Under the pieces are notes generated by a model. The model did not search any database and had not been told where the DNA came from. It saw only the letters and a list, made by a program, of their open reading frames with translations. Shown piece by piece: positions 28,701 through 37,442 of a stretch of 64,000 bases of DNA. The translations under genes and the position numbers were made by a program. The stretch is from the NCBI GenBank assembly GCA_020057115.1, contig JAGVGJ010000039.1, positions 52,806 to 116,805 of the forward strand, given 5' to 3'. The stretch is from Candidatus Omnitrophota bacterium (lineage in GTDB: Bacteria; Omnitrophota; Gorgyraeia; 2-01-FULL-45-10). How positions within the stretch are numbered: the first letter of the stretch is position 1; every line of letters begins with the position of its first letter.

Positions 28701-29002
28701 AACATTATCAAAGTTCTATCGATCTCAATCCGAAGAACTTCAATGCCCTGCATAATCTGGGTAAAACATATATAAAGCTCAAGAAGTATCAGGAAGCGCT
28801 CGCATGCTACCAGAAGATCGTCGATGCCAATGCGGCCGACGGCGTAGTCTATGTAGATATGGCGCTGGCCTACGGCCTTCTGGGCGACCGGGATAAGGCG
28901 GTCGAGATCCTGAAGCAGGCGAAGAAGGTATACGAAGACCGGGGAGACGAAAATAGCGTCAGGCAGATAGACGAGTGTCTTGTCAAATTAAAGACGCCCT
29001 GA
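25721..29002 (+). CDS. Membrane spermidine-synthase-like SAM-binding protein fused to C-terminal TPR repeats
   Basis: About 12 TM helices, then LHGAQ, YY, GLGTGTLAAY, ELDP, GDAR, DAFSGDSIPIHLLT, then multiple TPRs. Confidence 0.85.
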   Translation: MKKMFSIKAIVFIAAFLLFQIELIISKLLLPKFGGSYTVWGAAIVFFQATLLLGYLYSHFVIQKFGIERYRRFHIGLILLTLLFFPGRPLPAIAPVEHLPMVLNIFWQLSRTIGVSFFLLSTTSIIFQSWLASSELPEKKDPYSLYGVSNLGSFAALLTYPFLFEMSFDLGVQLGIWRFFYIILVLLHIVALRSVKVVSPVAEEARPVESAPIKTKLRWFALGGAGVIMFLSITNIITYEIAPIPLLWIVPLSIYLLSFVLNFKRKSWCPAWIRDKFHLVIAFGVMLYFMTEIAALEFMIKVMCYIFVLFATCMFCQNELYARKPQDSRNLTEFYLVIALGGFCGGVLVSWIMPLVTASMAEYLIGLLLITGAMALGEEKWRIDNYSIKLIAYLLILVIVWPFIFSGYNIFGILILWAVFAFVYSKLKARPVAMAVSVLVLLGLSLTSFLPSIWGNYTYLYRHRNYYGFYKVYEAKEKRSLTNGSILHGAQYLSKDRQSEPLTYYSYSTPVGAVLKSPFFDFKRIGIVGLGTGTLAAYGAPDRTIDFFELDPEVYGIAKKYFTYLDDSKSKITYVIGDARLSLAAVPAEYYDILIVDAFSGDSIPIHLLTVEAITEYQKRITRKGIVLFHVSNRYLDLAPVLFANANTVLAYACMDRNRSLFDDTAASEWVAMTWSPATYDIMMSQMKWKKSPGGANKVSRPWTDTYSNILSVFQSENLLAQVRNFRPFYWDANPVADKARDAYYYFVEGSFYMSKNEIDKAIRSYQKSLKSNPASASVLNGMGFAYYRKGDYPLALEYFKKAVTAKPNDENILYNMGNVYFKINDYEQAIECYKKSLEIKPNDPDSLRNLARAYSKTGQPREAKAYFKKAIDVNPNAFDVRLAYQFEQEVSRLEEAIRKDPKDAASLNSLGGVYFRQAEYGKAIECYKRAMDVKPDDVESVNSLGYAYYTQGNYPKALELYQKGLSMRPKDADVLHNLGNTYYKTGAFQKAVEHYQSSIDLNPKNFNALHNLGKTYIKLKKYQEALACYQKIVDANAADGVVYVDMALAYGLLGDRDKAVEILKQAKKVYEDRGDENSVRQIDECLVKLKTP

Positions 29003-29020
29003 CGCTGATTCGCGGTATTT

Positions 29021-30136
29021 ATGAAAAGATGTTTTAGATATATGGTGCTGGGACTGGCGATATTTCTCGGAGGCTGTGCCTCCGGAACGCCGTATCTCAA
29101 GCTTGACCAAGCCCTGCAGAAAGATGTGAAGGTGTTTAACGGCGGGCAATATATCCCGCTCGTTAAACTTTGCGACGTATACGGCCTTGACTGGAAGTGG
29201 GATCCGTACACGAAGAGCGCCGTTATAGAGAGAAAGGGCAAGATAGCGCTTGTCGCCGGAAGCGACAGCATACTGATAAATGGCGCTTTAGTAAAACTCG
29301 ACAGGCCCGTAATACAGACGGACGGCGCTATGTATGTTCCGATATCTTTCATGAAGCAGGCCTTAAGCCGCATAGTCGAATATCCTCTTTCCAAGAGGCC
29401 GGCCGAAATGCCCATATCCGGAGGGTCTGGTAGATTTACGATAAGAAGCGTAGTCATAGATCCGGGCCATGGAGGAAAAGATCCGGGCGCCATAGGCGGG
29501 AGACTGCACATAAAAGAGAGGGATCTCACTCTTGCCGTATCAAAGAGGCTCAAGAATAAGCTTGAGGAGAACGGCATGAAGGTGATCATAACAAGAGACA
29601 CAGATACGTTCATACCGCTTCCTAAGAGGGCTGATATAGCCAACAGGAGCGGTGCTGACCTCTTCATCAGCGTTCATATAAATGCTTCCCGTTCCAGGGC
29701 GATGAACGGCTTTGAATGTTATTACCTATCGGAAGCCACCGATGATAACGCAAGGGCCCTCGAAGCGCTCGAGAATGCGTCCATAAAGCTGGGCGAGGGC
29801 GCGGCGCTTGAGCACTCAAGCGGCGTGGACAAGGCGCTCTGGGACATGACGCTCACCGAGAACAGGCGCGAATCTGCGGCGCTCGCAAGCTACGTATGCA
29901 GCGCCGTAGAGAGTAGTTCCGCCGCCAGGAACAGGGGCATAAGGACCGCCAGGTTCTCCGTCCTTAAAGGCACGCGCATGCCGGCGGTGCTCCTTGAGAT
30001 GGGATATATTAGCAACAGGGATGAAGAGCGGCGTATGACCGATGACCGTTATTGGGACAGGATGATCGATGCAGTGGCTCAGGGCATCCTGGCATACAGG
30101 AGTGAATACGAAAGAACGGAAGGATTCACAAATTAA
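29021..30136 (+). CDS. N-acetylmuramoyl-L-alanine amidase (Amidase_3), lipoprotein
   Basis: LGGC lipobox; IDPGHGGKDPGA, SVHIN, PAVLLEMGY. Confidence 0.92.
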   Translation: MKRCFRYMVLGLAIFLGGCASGTPYLKLDQALQKDVKVFNGGQYIPLVKLCDVYGLDWKWDPYTKSAVIERKGKIALVAGSDSILINGALVKLDRPVIQTDGAMYVPISFMKQALSRIVEYPLSKRPAEMPISGGSGRFTIRSVVIDPGHGGKDPGAIGGRLHIKERDLTLAVSKRLKNKLEENGMKVIITRDTDTFIPLPKRADIANRSGADLFISVHINASRSRAMNGFECYYLSEATDDNARALEALENASIKLGEGAALEHSSGVDKALWDMTLTENRRESAALASYVCSAVESSSAARNRGIRTARFSVLKGTRMPAVLLEMGYISNRDEERRMTDDRYWDRMIDAVAQGILAYRSEYERTEGFTN

Positions 30137-30137
30137 T

Positions 30138-30932
30138 ATGAGCGACAATAGACCTATAGGCGTCTTCGATTCAGGCCTGGGCGGGCTTACCGTAGTCGGC
30201 CAGATGCAGTCGATACTGCCGAAAGAGACCATCGTATATTTCGGGGACACGGCAAGGGTGCCGTACGGGACGAAATCAAAAGAGACGGTCACCAAATTTT
30301 CAGTAGAGAATGTCGAATTCCTGATGAAGCATGACGTGAAAATGATAGTCGTCGCCTGTAATACCGTATCAAGCTTGAGCCTCGACTTTCTTAAGAGGTG
30401 TTTCAGGGTCCCGATAATAGGGGTTATAGAGCCGGGCGCCAAGGGCGCCTTGAGCGCGACAAGGAACAACAAGGTCGGCGTGATAGGCACTGCCGCAACA
30501 ATATCATCCGGAGCTTATGAGCGGACGATAAGGAAACTAAATACGAGGATATCTTGCTTTAGCCAGAGCTGCGCGCTGTTCGTTCCGCTCGTAGAGGAAG
30601 GGTGGCTCGATAAGGGCGTGACGGCTGATGTCGCACAGACGTATCTCGTTCCGCTCAAGAAGAAGGGCGTCGATACGCTGATACTCGGGTGCACGCATTA
30701 TCCCATCTTAAAAAGGGTCATCGGCAAGGTCATGGGGCCCAAGGTGGTCCTGATAGATTCCGCGAAAGAAGTGGCAAAATGCGCCAGGGAAGTGCTCGAT
30801 GCGAACGGGCTGCTTAATGATTCAAATGCCAAACCGAGGCACAAGTTCTTCGTCTCGGATGAACCTGAGAAGTTTGCCCGGTCAGGAGAGAAGTTCCTGA
30901 AGAAAAATATGGGCATGGTGAAGAGGGCGTAA
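30138..30932 (+). CDS. murI: Glutamate racemase
   Basis: GVFDSGLGG, PYGTKS, ACNT, LGCTHY. Confidence 0.97.
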   Translation: MSDNRPIGVFDSGLGGLTVVGQMQSILPKETIVYFGDTARVPYGTKSKETVTKFSVENVEFLMKHDVKMIVVACNTVSSLSLDFLKRCFRVPIIGVIEPGAKGALSATRNNKVGVIGTAATISSGAYERTIRKLNTRISCFSQSCALFVPLVEEGWLDKGVTADVAQTYLVPLKKKGVDTLILGCTHYPILKRVIGKVMGPKVVLIDSAKEVAKCAREVLDANGLLNDSNAKPRHKFFVSDEPEKFARSGEKFLKKNMGMVKRA

Positions 30933-30951
30933 GGCAAGGAGTTTTGCTCGA

Positions 30952-31323
30952 ATGTATGAAATAAAAGTGAAGAGCAGTTTCAGCGCGGCACATAACCTTA
31001 AGAACTATAAGGGCAAGTGCGAGCACCTGCATGGCCACAACTGGGCCGTCGAGGCGGTATTCCGTTACGAAGCCCTCGACAAGGACGGGATGGCTATAGA
31101 TTTCAGGCTTGCCAAGAAGGTGCTCAAAACCGTTACCGAAAAATTGGACCATTCGTATATGAACGAACTGAAGATCATAAAGCACATCAATCCCACGTCG
31201 GAGAACATGGCAAGATTCATCTACGATTCCGTAAAGAAGAAGAATAAGAATATATATCATATTTCCGTATGGGAAAACGAGAACTCCTGCGCCACATACA
31301 GTGAGGAGCGAGTTTTACGTTGA
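30952..31323 (+). CDS. queD: 6-carboxytetrahydropterin synthase
   Basis: FSAAH, CEHLHGHN, LDH, PTSEN. Confidence 0.95.
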   Translation: MYEIKVKSSFSAAHNLKNYKGKCEHLHGHNWAVEAVFRYEALDKDGMAIDFRLAKKVLKTVTEKLDHSYMNELKIIKHINPTSENMARFIYDSVKKKNKNIYHISVWENENSCATYSEERVLR

Positions 31324-31991
31324 AACCTAAGGCGGTCATTCTTCTTTCGGGCGGGCTTGATTCAGCCGTCATGTTATATTACGCCTCAGATAAAGGCTAT
31401 GATTGCCATTGCCTCGCTTTCGATTATGGCCAGAGGCACAAGAAAGAGACGGATTTCTCAAGGCTGATAGCCCGCAAGGCCGGGGCAAAGTTCACTGTCT
31501 TCAAGCTCGACCTTCCATGGAAAGGGTCAAGCCTCCTGGACAGGAAGATGGCGCTGCCCTCCGGCAGGAGCCCGTTAAAGATAAAAGGGGGCGGTATCCC
31601 GACGACATATGTGCCGGCCAGAAATACGCTATTTTTAAGCGCGGCGGCATCTTTTGCGGAGGCGATAGGCGCAAGGGCGATATTCATAGGAGCGCATTAT
31701 GAGGATTCGAGCGGCTATCCGGATTGCCGCAAGGAATACCTCGAAGCTTTTGATAAGGTGATACGGCTCGGCACGAAAGCCGGGACCGAAGGCAGGCTGG
31801 CGTTAAAGTATCCGCTTATAAGCCTTAAGAAGAGCGGCATAATAAAATTGGGACAGAAGTTTAAGGCCCCTTTTCGCCTCACATGGTCCTGTTATAATGG
31901 CGGCCCCAAGCCGTGCGGAAAGTGCGACTCCTGCGTCTTGAGGGCAAAAGGCTTTAAGGACGCCGGGATAAAAGATCCGGCGACGAGTTAA
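31320..31991 (+). CDS. queC: 7-cyano-7-deazaguanine synthase
   Basis: SGGLDS, YGQRH, YVPARN, YPDCR, TWSCY...CGKCDSC. Confidence 0.97.
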   Translation: MKPKAVILLSGGLDSAVMLYYASDKGYDCHCLAFDYGQRHKKETDFSRLIARKAGAKFTVFKLDLPWKGSSLLDRKMALPSGRSPLKIKGGGIPTTYVPARNTLFLSAAASFAEAIGARAIFIGAHYEDSSGYPDCRKEYLEAFDKVIRLGTKAGTEGRLALKYPLISLKKSGIIKLGQKFKAPFRLTWSCYNGGPKPCGKCDSCVLRAKGFKDAGIKDPATS

Positions 31992-32702
31992 ATGAAAAAT
32001 AAAGACTTGAAAGCTGACATAGCGGAGATATTCTCGTCCGTTCAGGGTGAGGGCATATTTGTAGGCGCGAAGCAAATTTTCGTCCGGTTCAGCAAGTGTA
32101 ACATGAACTGCGCTTACTGCGACGAGCCGAGGAGCCGAAAGGCGAAGAGTTATTCGGCCTCCGGCCTCATGACCGAGATAAGAAGGCTGAATAAGAAGTC
32201 CGGCCCCCACCACTCCGTATCATTTACCGGAGGCGAGCCGCTCCTTTACGCGGATTTCCTGCGAGATCCGCTCGAGCTGTTAAAAGAAGAGGGTTTGCGT
32301 TCATACCTTGAGACGAATGGCACGCTCCCGGAAGAATTGGCTAAGATAATAGGGCTCCTTGACATAATAGCAATGGACATCAAACTCCCTTCGTCTACAG
32401 GGGAGAGGGAGTTCTGGGTGGAGCATTACGAGTTCCTTAAGATAGCTTCGGCGAAGAAGGTGTTTGCGAAACTCGTCGTGACGGCGAATACGGTAGCGGA
32501 AGACATACAGAGATCAGTAGAGCTTATTAAGAGCGTAGATGAATCTATCCCGCTCATACTGCAGCCTGCGACAGCGATCAATCCTCTTGAGAACAGGATA
32601 GACAGTCAGACCATAATGTCATTCCTTGATATCTGCTCAAAGAACAGGCTGGATGACGTCAGGGTGATACCGCAGGTACATAAAATACTGGGGATAAAAT
32701 AG
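31992..32702 (+). CDS. queE: 7-carboxy-7-deazaguanine synthase (radical SAM)
   Basis: SVQGEG, CNMNCAYCD, TGGEP, ETNGT, PQVHK. Confidence 0.95.
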   Translation: MKNKDLKADIAEIFSSVQGEGIFVGAKQIFVRFSKCNMNCAYCDEPRSRKAKSYSASGLMTEIRRLNKKSGPHHSVSFTGGEPLLYADFLRDPLELLKEEGLRSYLETNGTLPEELAKIIGLLDIIAMDIKLPSSTGEREFWVEHYEFLKIASAKKVFAKLVVTANTVAEDIQRSVELIKSVDESIPLILQPATAINPLENRIDSQTIMSFLDICSKNRLDDVRVIPQVHKILGIK

Positions 32703-32705
32703 AGT

Positions 32706-32733
32706 AGGGGCAAGGGTCCTGGGCCCAGGGTCC
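32706..32733 (+). repeat. Heptamer array (4 units) between queE and queF
   Basis: AGGGGCA AGGGTCC TGGGCCC AGGGTCC. Confidence 0.8.
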
Positions 32734-32751
32734 AAAAGAAACGGTGATACG

Positions 32752-33204
32752 ATGAAGAGTCCGACATACGAAGGGTTGCAGTGCAAAATAAAGAAGTTAA
32801 ACACGCCGGAGATAGAGGTCTGGGAAAATAATTATCCGGAGCGGGATTATGTGATAGAGATAGATATCCCGGAATTTACCTGCATATGCCCCAAGACGGG
32901 ATTGCCGGATTTCGCGGATATAAAAATAAGATATATAGCCGATAAGCAGTGTATCGAGCTAAAGTCGCTCAAATACTACACTCTGTTTTACAGGGATGTG
33001 GGGATATTCAATGAAAACGTCGTAAATAAGTTCATGGATGACTTTGTGAAGGCTGTGAAGCCGCGCTGGGCCCAGATAACGGGCGTGTTCAACGCAAGAG
33101 GCGGGATAAAGACGACGGTTGTGGCTGAATATAAAAGGGGCAAGGGGCCAGGGTCTCCCGCCCATATGGTATCGAGGGGCGGGACAGGCGGGGTCCAGAG
33201 ATAA
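32752..33204 (+). CDS. queF: PreQ0 reductase (type I) with a repeat-derived C-terminal tail
   Basis: EFTCICPKTGLPDFA, ELKSLK, FNARGGI. Confidence 0.95.
   Translation: MKSPTYEGLQCKIKKLNTPEIEVWENNYPERDYVIEIDIPEFTCICPKTGLPDFADIKIRYIADKQCIELKSLKYYTLFYRDVGIFNENVVNKFMDDFVKAVKPRWAQITGVFNARGGIKTTVVAEYKRGKGPGSPAHMVSRGGTGGVQR
33136..33197 (+). repeat. Heptamer array interrupted by a palindromic insert
   Basis: AGGGGCA AGGGGCC AGGGTC [TCCCGCCC...GGGCGGGA-CAGGCG] GGGTCCA. Confidence 0.75.
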
Positions 33205-33208
33205 AAAG

Positions 33209-34051
33209 ATGCGAAAGATCCATGTTTCAAAAATAAAAGAAACCGTAAAAAAACTTTGCCTCAAGGCGAATTTTGAGCTGAGGAAAGATATCCTTTGCGC
33301 TCTCAGAGCAGCCGAGAAAAAAGAGAAAAGCCCGAGAGCCCGCACCATCCTTAAAGAGATAATAGAGAATGCGGAGCTCGCGAAGAAGAAGAGAGTCGCC
33401 ATATGCCAGGATACAGGTGTAGTATCGGTCTTCTTGGAGATAGGGCGCGATGCGGCGCTTACCGGAGGCAATCTTGAGAAAGCTATAAATTCCGGAGTGG
33501 CCGAGGCTTACAAGGAAGGATATCTCCGCAAATCTGTGGTCGGAGATCCTTTCTTAAGAAAAAATACAGGGACGAACACCCCGTCGGTCATCAATATAGA
33601 TGTCGTCGAAGGCAGCAGGGTCAGGATAGCAGTTTCGCCGAAAGGTTTCGGGAGCGAGAATAAATCCAGGATAAAGATGTTCAACCCGACCGCTCCTATA
33701 AAAGAGATAAAGAAGTTCATAATCGATACTGCCGTTGAAGCAGGCCCGTCCGCATGTCCTCCGCTTGTTTTGGGGGTGGGGATCGGCGGGACTTTCGACA
33801 AGGCGGCTCACTTGGCGAAGAAGGCCTTGCTCAGGCCGATAAACAAGCCGAACCCTAATAAGCGCATCAAAATATTGGAAAAGGATATCTTGAAAGAGAT
33901 AAATGCCTCAGGCATGGGGCCGATGGGCCTGGGTGGAAAGACGACGATACTCGGAGTGAACATGCTCGAGTACCCGACCCACATCGCCGGTCTTCCCGTA
34001 GCTGTCAATATCAGCTGCCATGCGACAAGGTCGGCCGAGGCTGTCTTATGA
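33209..34051 (+). CDS. Fe-S fumarate hydratase / tartrate dehydratase alpha subunit
   Basis: ICQDTG, KGFGSEN, ACPP, GPMGLGG, SCHATR. Confidence 0.93.
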   Translation: MRKIHVSKIKETVKKLCLKANFELRKDILCALRAAEKKEKSPRARTILKEIIENAELAKKKRVAICQDTGVVSVFLEIGRDAALTGGNLEKAINSGVAEAYKEGYLRKSVVGDPFLRKNTGTNTPSVINIDVVEGSRVRIAVSPKGFGSENKSRIKMFNPTAPIKEIKKFIIDTAVEAGPSACPPLVLGVGIGGTFDKAAHLAKKALLRPINKPNPNKRIKILEKDILKEINASGMGPMGLGGKTTILGVNMLEYPTHIAGLPVAVNISCHATRSAEAVL

Positions 34052-34590
34052 TAAAGTTAAAGTTGCCTCTTAGTAAAGACGCGATAAAGAGCCTTAAAGC
34101 AGGTGATGAGGTTTCATTGAGCGGCACGATATTTACCGCGAGGGATGCCGCTCACCAGCGGCTCTCAGAGCTTATTAAAAAAGGAAAGCGTTTACCGATA
34201 GATCTTGCGGCCTCATGCATATATTACGCAGGCCCGACGCCTGCGCGCCCGGGCATGGCGATAGGTTCATGCGGCCCTACTACAAGCTCCAGGATGGATG
34301 CATTCACCCCCGCGCTTATCGATCGCGGACTTATGGGCATGATCGGTAAGGGCGGAAGGTCGTCGGATGTCAGGAATGCTATAAAAAAACACGGAGCCGT
34401 ATATTTTCTTGCGACAGGCGGAGTGGGGGCGCTATTGGCCGCAAAAGTGAAGTCCTCCAAAGTCATCGCTTACGCCGATCTCGGGACTGAAGCGATCCAC
34501 AGATTAGTGGTAGAGGATTTTCCGGTTATAGTCGGCATAGATCCGAAAGGAAGAGATATATATGACAAGGCAAAACGGAAGAAAGCCTAA
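34048..34590 (+). CDS. Fe-S fumarate hydratase / tartrate dehydratase beta subunit
   Basis: [26 protein letters not shown]. Confidence 0.93.
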   Translation: MIKLKLPLSKDAIKSLKAGDEVSLSGTIFTARDAAHQRLSELIKKGKRLPIDLAASCIYYAGPTPARPGMAIGSCGPTTSSRMDAFTPALIDRGLMGMIGKGGRSSDVRNAIKKHGAVYFLATGGVGALLAAKVKSSKVIAYADLGTEAIHRLVVEDFPVIVGIDPKGRDIYDKAKRKKA

Positions 34591-35287
34591 CGAGTTACGC
34601 AAGATAAAGATAGTCAAGGATTTTATAGAATACGCGGAAGGCTCATGCCTCATCGAATTCGGCAATACGAAGGTCATAACTACTGCGTCGGTAGAGAATA
34701 CAGTCCCACCGTTCTTAAAAGGTAAGGGAGTGGGCTGGGTGACGGCCGAGTATGCCATGATACCCCGCTCTTGCAAGACGAGAGTCCCGCGCGAATCCTC
34801 GAAAGGCAAGGCAAGCGGCAGGACGCATGAGATCCAGCGGCTTGTCGGCAGGGCGATGAGATCGGTCGTAGACACTTCAAAGCTGGGCGAGAGGACTATA
34901 TGGCTCGACTGCGACGTCATCCAGGCCGATGGCGGCACGCGCTGCGCCAGCATCACGGGCAGCTTCATATCTCTTATCCTCGCCCTTGAGAAGATAAGAG
35001 GAAGCGGGCTCATCAAAGATATCCCCGTAGGCGACTATGTGGCGGCCGTATCTGTCGGGATGTCTAGCGGCAAGCCGATACTCGACCTTGATTATGAGGA
35101 AGATTCATCGGCGGAAGTGGACATGAACATCGTTATGACAGGGTCCGGAAAGTTCATAGAGGTGCAGGGTACCGCCGAAAGGGAGCCTTTTGAAAAGAAG
35201 GACCTTGATTCGCTCATAACGCTGGCGAAGAAGGGCGTGGATGAGCTTGTGGCCATACAGAAAAAGGCGTTAAAAGGGATATTTTAA
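34562..35287 (+). CDS. rph: Ribonuclease PH
   Basis: [38 protein letters not shown]. Confidence 0.97.
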   Translation: MTRQNGRKPNELRKIKIVKDFIEYAEGSCLIEFGNTKVITTASVENTVPPFLKGKGVGWVTAEYAMIPRSCKTRVPRESSKGKASGRTHEIQRLVGRAMRSVVDTSKLGERTIWLDCDVIQADGGTRCASITGSFISLILALEKIRGSGLIKDIPVGDYVAAVSVGMSSGKPILDLDYEEDSSAEVDMNIVMTGSGKFIEVQGTAEREPFEKKDLDSLITLAKKGVDELVAIQKKALKGIF

Positions 35288-35884
35288 TTGGCACGAAAGC
35301 TTGTGGTAGCCACAAAGAATCCTAAGAAACTCCGTGAGCTGCAGAGGTACCTTAGGACGGTAAAGGCGAACGTCGTCTCCCTTAATAGTTTTGACAGGCC
35401 GCCTGACGTGAGGGAGGACGGCGATACGTTCAAAAAGAATGCCGTCAAGAAAGCCGTCAGGATATCAAAATTCGCCAAAGGTCTGGCGCTTGCGGATGAT
35501 TCAGGGCTTGTCGTGGACGCCCTTAAAGGCGCCCCAGGAGTAAGAAGCGCGCGTTTCGCCGGCCCGGGCAAGAACGATAAAGATAATTGCCGAAAAGTCC
35601 TCGCGCTCCTTGAAGAAGCATCTTCAAGAAAGAGGACGGCGCGTTTCGTCTGCGCGGTCGCGATCGCCGATCATGGCAAAGTCGTAAAAGTAATAGAAGA
35701 GGATTGCAGGGGCTTGATAGCGTTCGAGGCGAAGGGAAGGCACGGCTTTGGCTATGACCCGTTATTCCTGATACCTAAATACAACAAGACATTCGGCCAG
35801 CTAGGTTTAAAGGTAAAGGATAAGATGAGCCACCGTTCCAAGGCCCTTAAAAAAGCAAGAGTGTTTTTGAAGAAATATCTTTAG
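35288..35884 (+). CDS. rdgB: dITP/XTP pyrophosphatase (Ham1 family)
   Basis: ATKNPKK, ADDSGL, GFGYDPLF, SHR. Confidence 0.95.
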   Translation: MARKLVVATKNPKKLRELQRYLRTVKANVVSLNSFDRPPDVREDGDTFKKNAVKKAVRISKFAKGLALADDSGLVVDALKGAPGVRSARFAGPGKNDKDNCRKVLALLEEASSRKRTARFVCAVAIADHGKVVKVIEEDCRGLIAFEAKGRHGFGYDPLFLIPKYNKTFGQLGLKVKDKMSHRSKALKKARVFLKKYL

Positions 35885-35918
35885 CGCATAGCATGGATTT
35901 TTGATATAATTTTTGCCC

Positions 35919-35995
<77 letters not shown>

Positions 35996-36000
35996 TTTTC

Positions 36001-36077
36001 GTCCCTGTAGCTCAGTTGGATAGAGCATCTGCCTTCTAAGCAGGTGGCCGCCTGTTCGAATCAGGCCAGGGACGCCA
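36001..36077 (+). tRNA. tRNA-Arg(TCT)
   Basis: Acceptor GTCCCTG/CAGGGAC, anticodon loop CT TCT AA, CCA. Confidence 0.95.
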
Positions 36078-36087
36078 TATTTAGGAT

Positions 36088-36615
36088 ATGCAAGATATGA
36101 AAATCGGAAGACCGCCAATGTTCTTTGTGCTTATAGGCATATCTTGCGCAGTTTTATCGTGTGCCGTATCGGCCAGGGCTACAGCCGCGGGCGCTGGCGG
36201 CGAAGAGCCGCGCAGGTCCCTAGTCAAAGCCACAGGGACGGGATATATCTCACGGGACGCCCGAGACCCGAGACAGGCCAAGTTACTCGCCAGGCGGGCC
36301 GCGATCATTGACGGATACAGGAAGCTCTCGATCTCCCTCGGGGAGATAACAACATATATGAACGACAATGATGCAGTGGTGGAGAAGAGCGGATTTATAA
36401 GAGGAGCAAAAGTGCTGGGCGTCCGCTACCTGGATGGCGGGAAGGTTGAGGCGGATGTGGGCGTGGGCATAGGCATTACGAGCGAAGCTCGGGAGAAGAT
36501 CTCCGGAGAGGGCCATGCGGTTGTCTATAGCGGGAAGACGCTCGGCTCCAAAGGAAGAGTGATAACTAAAGAGGAATGGGTTGAATTGACAAACAAGAAA
36601 GGGGTGTCCGAATGA
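36088..36615 (+). CDS. Exported LPP20/FlgP-like domain protein
   Basis: Signal-like N-terminus; ATGTG...AKLLARRAAIIDGYRKL...GFIRGAKV. Confidence 0.6.
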   Translation: MQDMKIGRPPMFFVLIGISCAVLSCAVSARATAAGAGGEEPRRSLVKATGTGYISRDARDPRQAKLLARRAAIIDGYRKLSISLGEITTYMNDNDAVVEKSGFIRGAKVLGVRYLDGGKVEADVGVGIGITSEAREKISGEGHAVVYSGKTLGSKGRVITKEEWVELTNKKGVSE

Positions 36616-37427
36616 AGATCTTAAAAACGGCCGCATTGTTCTCGATATGCATCGTTCTTATGATGGGCTCAGGCTATGCCGAATCCACGGGACAAGAGAA
36701 GCTTATGGCGAAGAGGGCGGCTACGGTCGACGCCTACAGGAACTTGGCCGAGAAGGTGAATGGCCTGCAGATAAATGCGCAGACTTACGTCAGGGATTTC
36801 GTTGCGGCAAGTGACCAGGTGAATACGGCTCTGGACGCATTCTTAAAAGGAGCTCGAGTAACCAACACCAGATATCTTCCGGACGGGACATGCGAGGTGG
36901 ATGTCGAGATGGGCGTAAAAGAGCTTGTGCGGGAGCTTGAGACGATAAAGAAGCAGACCGGGTTTCTTATTTTCTGGCAGACCGTATATTTCGATAAGAT
37001 AACGGAATACTATAAGGAGAGCATTGTGAAGGCCACAGGAGCCGGAGTTCCGCCAGAAAAGTATTCTGCCGGCACCGCTCAGGCTGCAGCCGCAGCCCCA
37101 GATTGGTCTTCGCGCAAAGAGGTCGCTACCGGTACCGGCGTGCCGCCTAAGGATGCTACGGGCGCAGAGGCGAGGATCATGGCGGAGCGCGCAGCAAAAC
37201 TCGACGGATTGAGGAACCTGGCCGAAAGGGTATACGGCGTCAAGATAGACTCTTCTACTACGGTAAAAGATTTTGTAACGAAGAATGACCAGATCAAGGC
37301 TGAGGTCGACGCGTTCTTAAGAGGCGCAGAGGTCTCAGATACGCGCTATAAGGATGACGGCTCTGTAGAAGTGGATGTTTCGGTGGACCTGAACGGCGTA
37401 TGGGGCATACTTAAAAATGCCCAATAA
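36612..37427 (+). CDS. Exported protein with two tandem LPP20/FlgP-like domains
   Basis: Signal peptide; MAKRAATVDAYRNLAEKVNG...AFLKGA and MAERAAKLDGLRNLAERVYG...AFLRGA. Confidence 0.72.
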   Translation: MKILKTAALFSICIVLMMGSGYAESTGQEKLMAKRAATVDAYRNLAEKVNGLQINAQTYVRDFVAASDQVNTALDAFLKGARVTNTRYLPDGTCEVDVEMGVKELVRELETIKKQTGFLIFWQTVYFDKITEYYKESIVKATGAGVPPEKYSAGTAQAAAAAPDWSSRKEVATGTGVPPKDATGAEARIMAERAAKLDGLRNLAERVYGVKIDSSTTVKDFVTKNDQIKAEVDAFLRGAEVSDTRYKDDGSVEVDVSVDLNGVWGILKNAQ

Positions 37428-37442
37428 GCAGGGAGATAGAAC

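Noticed and set aside
30952-33204. dpd-type 7-deazaguanine DNA modification system
   Set aside because: queF is present, the context is housekeeping and there are no dpdA/B/C genes; ordinary queuosine precursor synthesis fits better.
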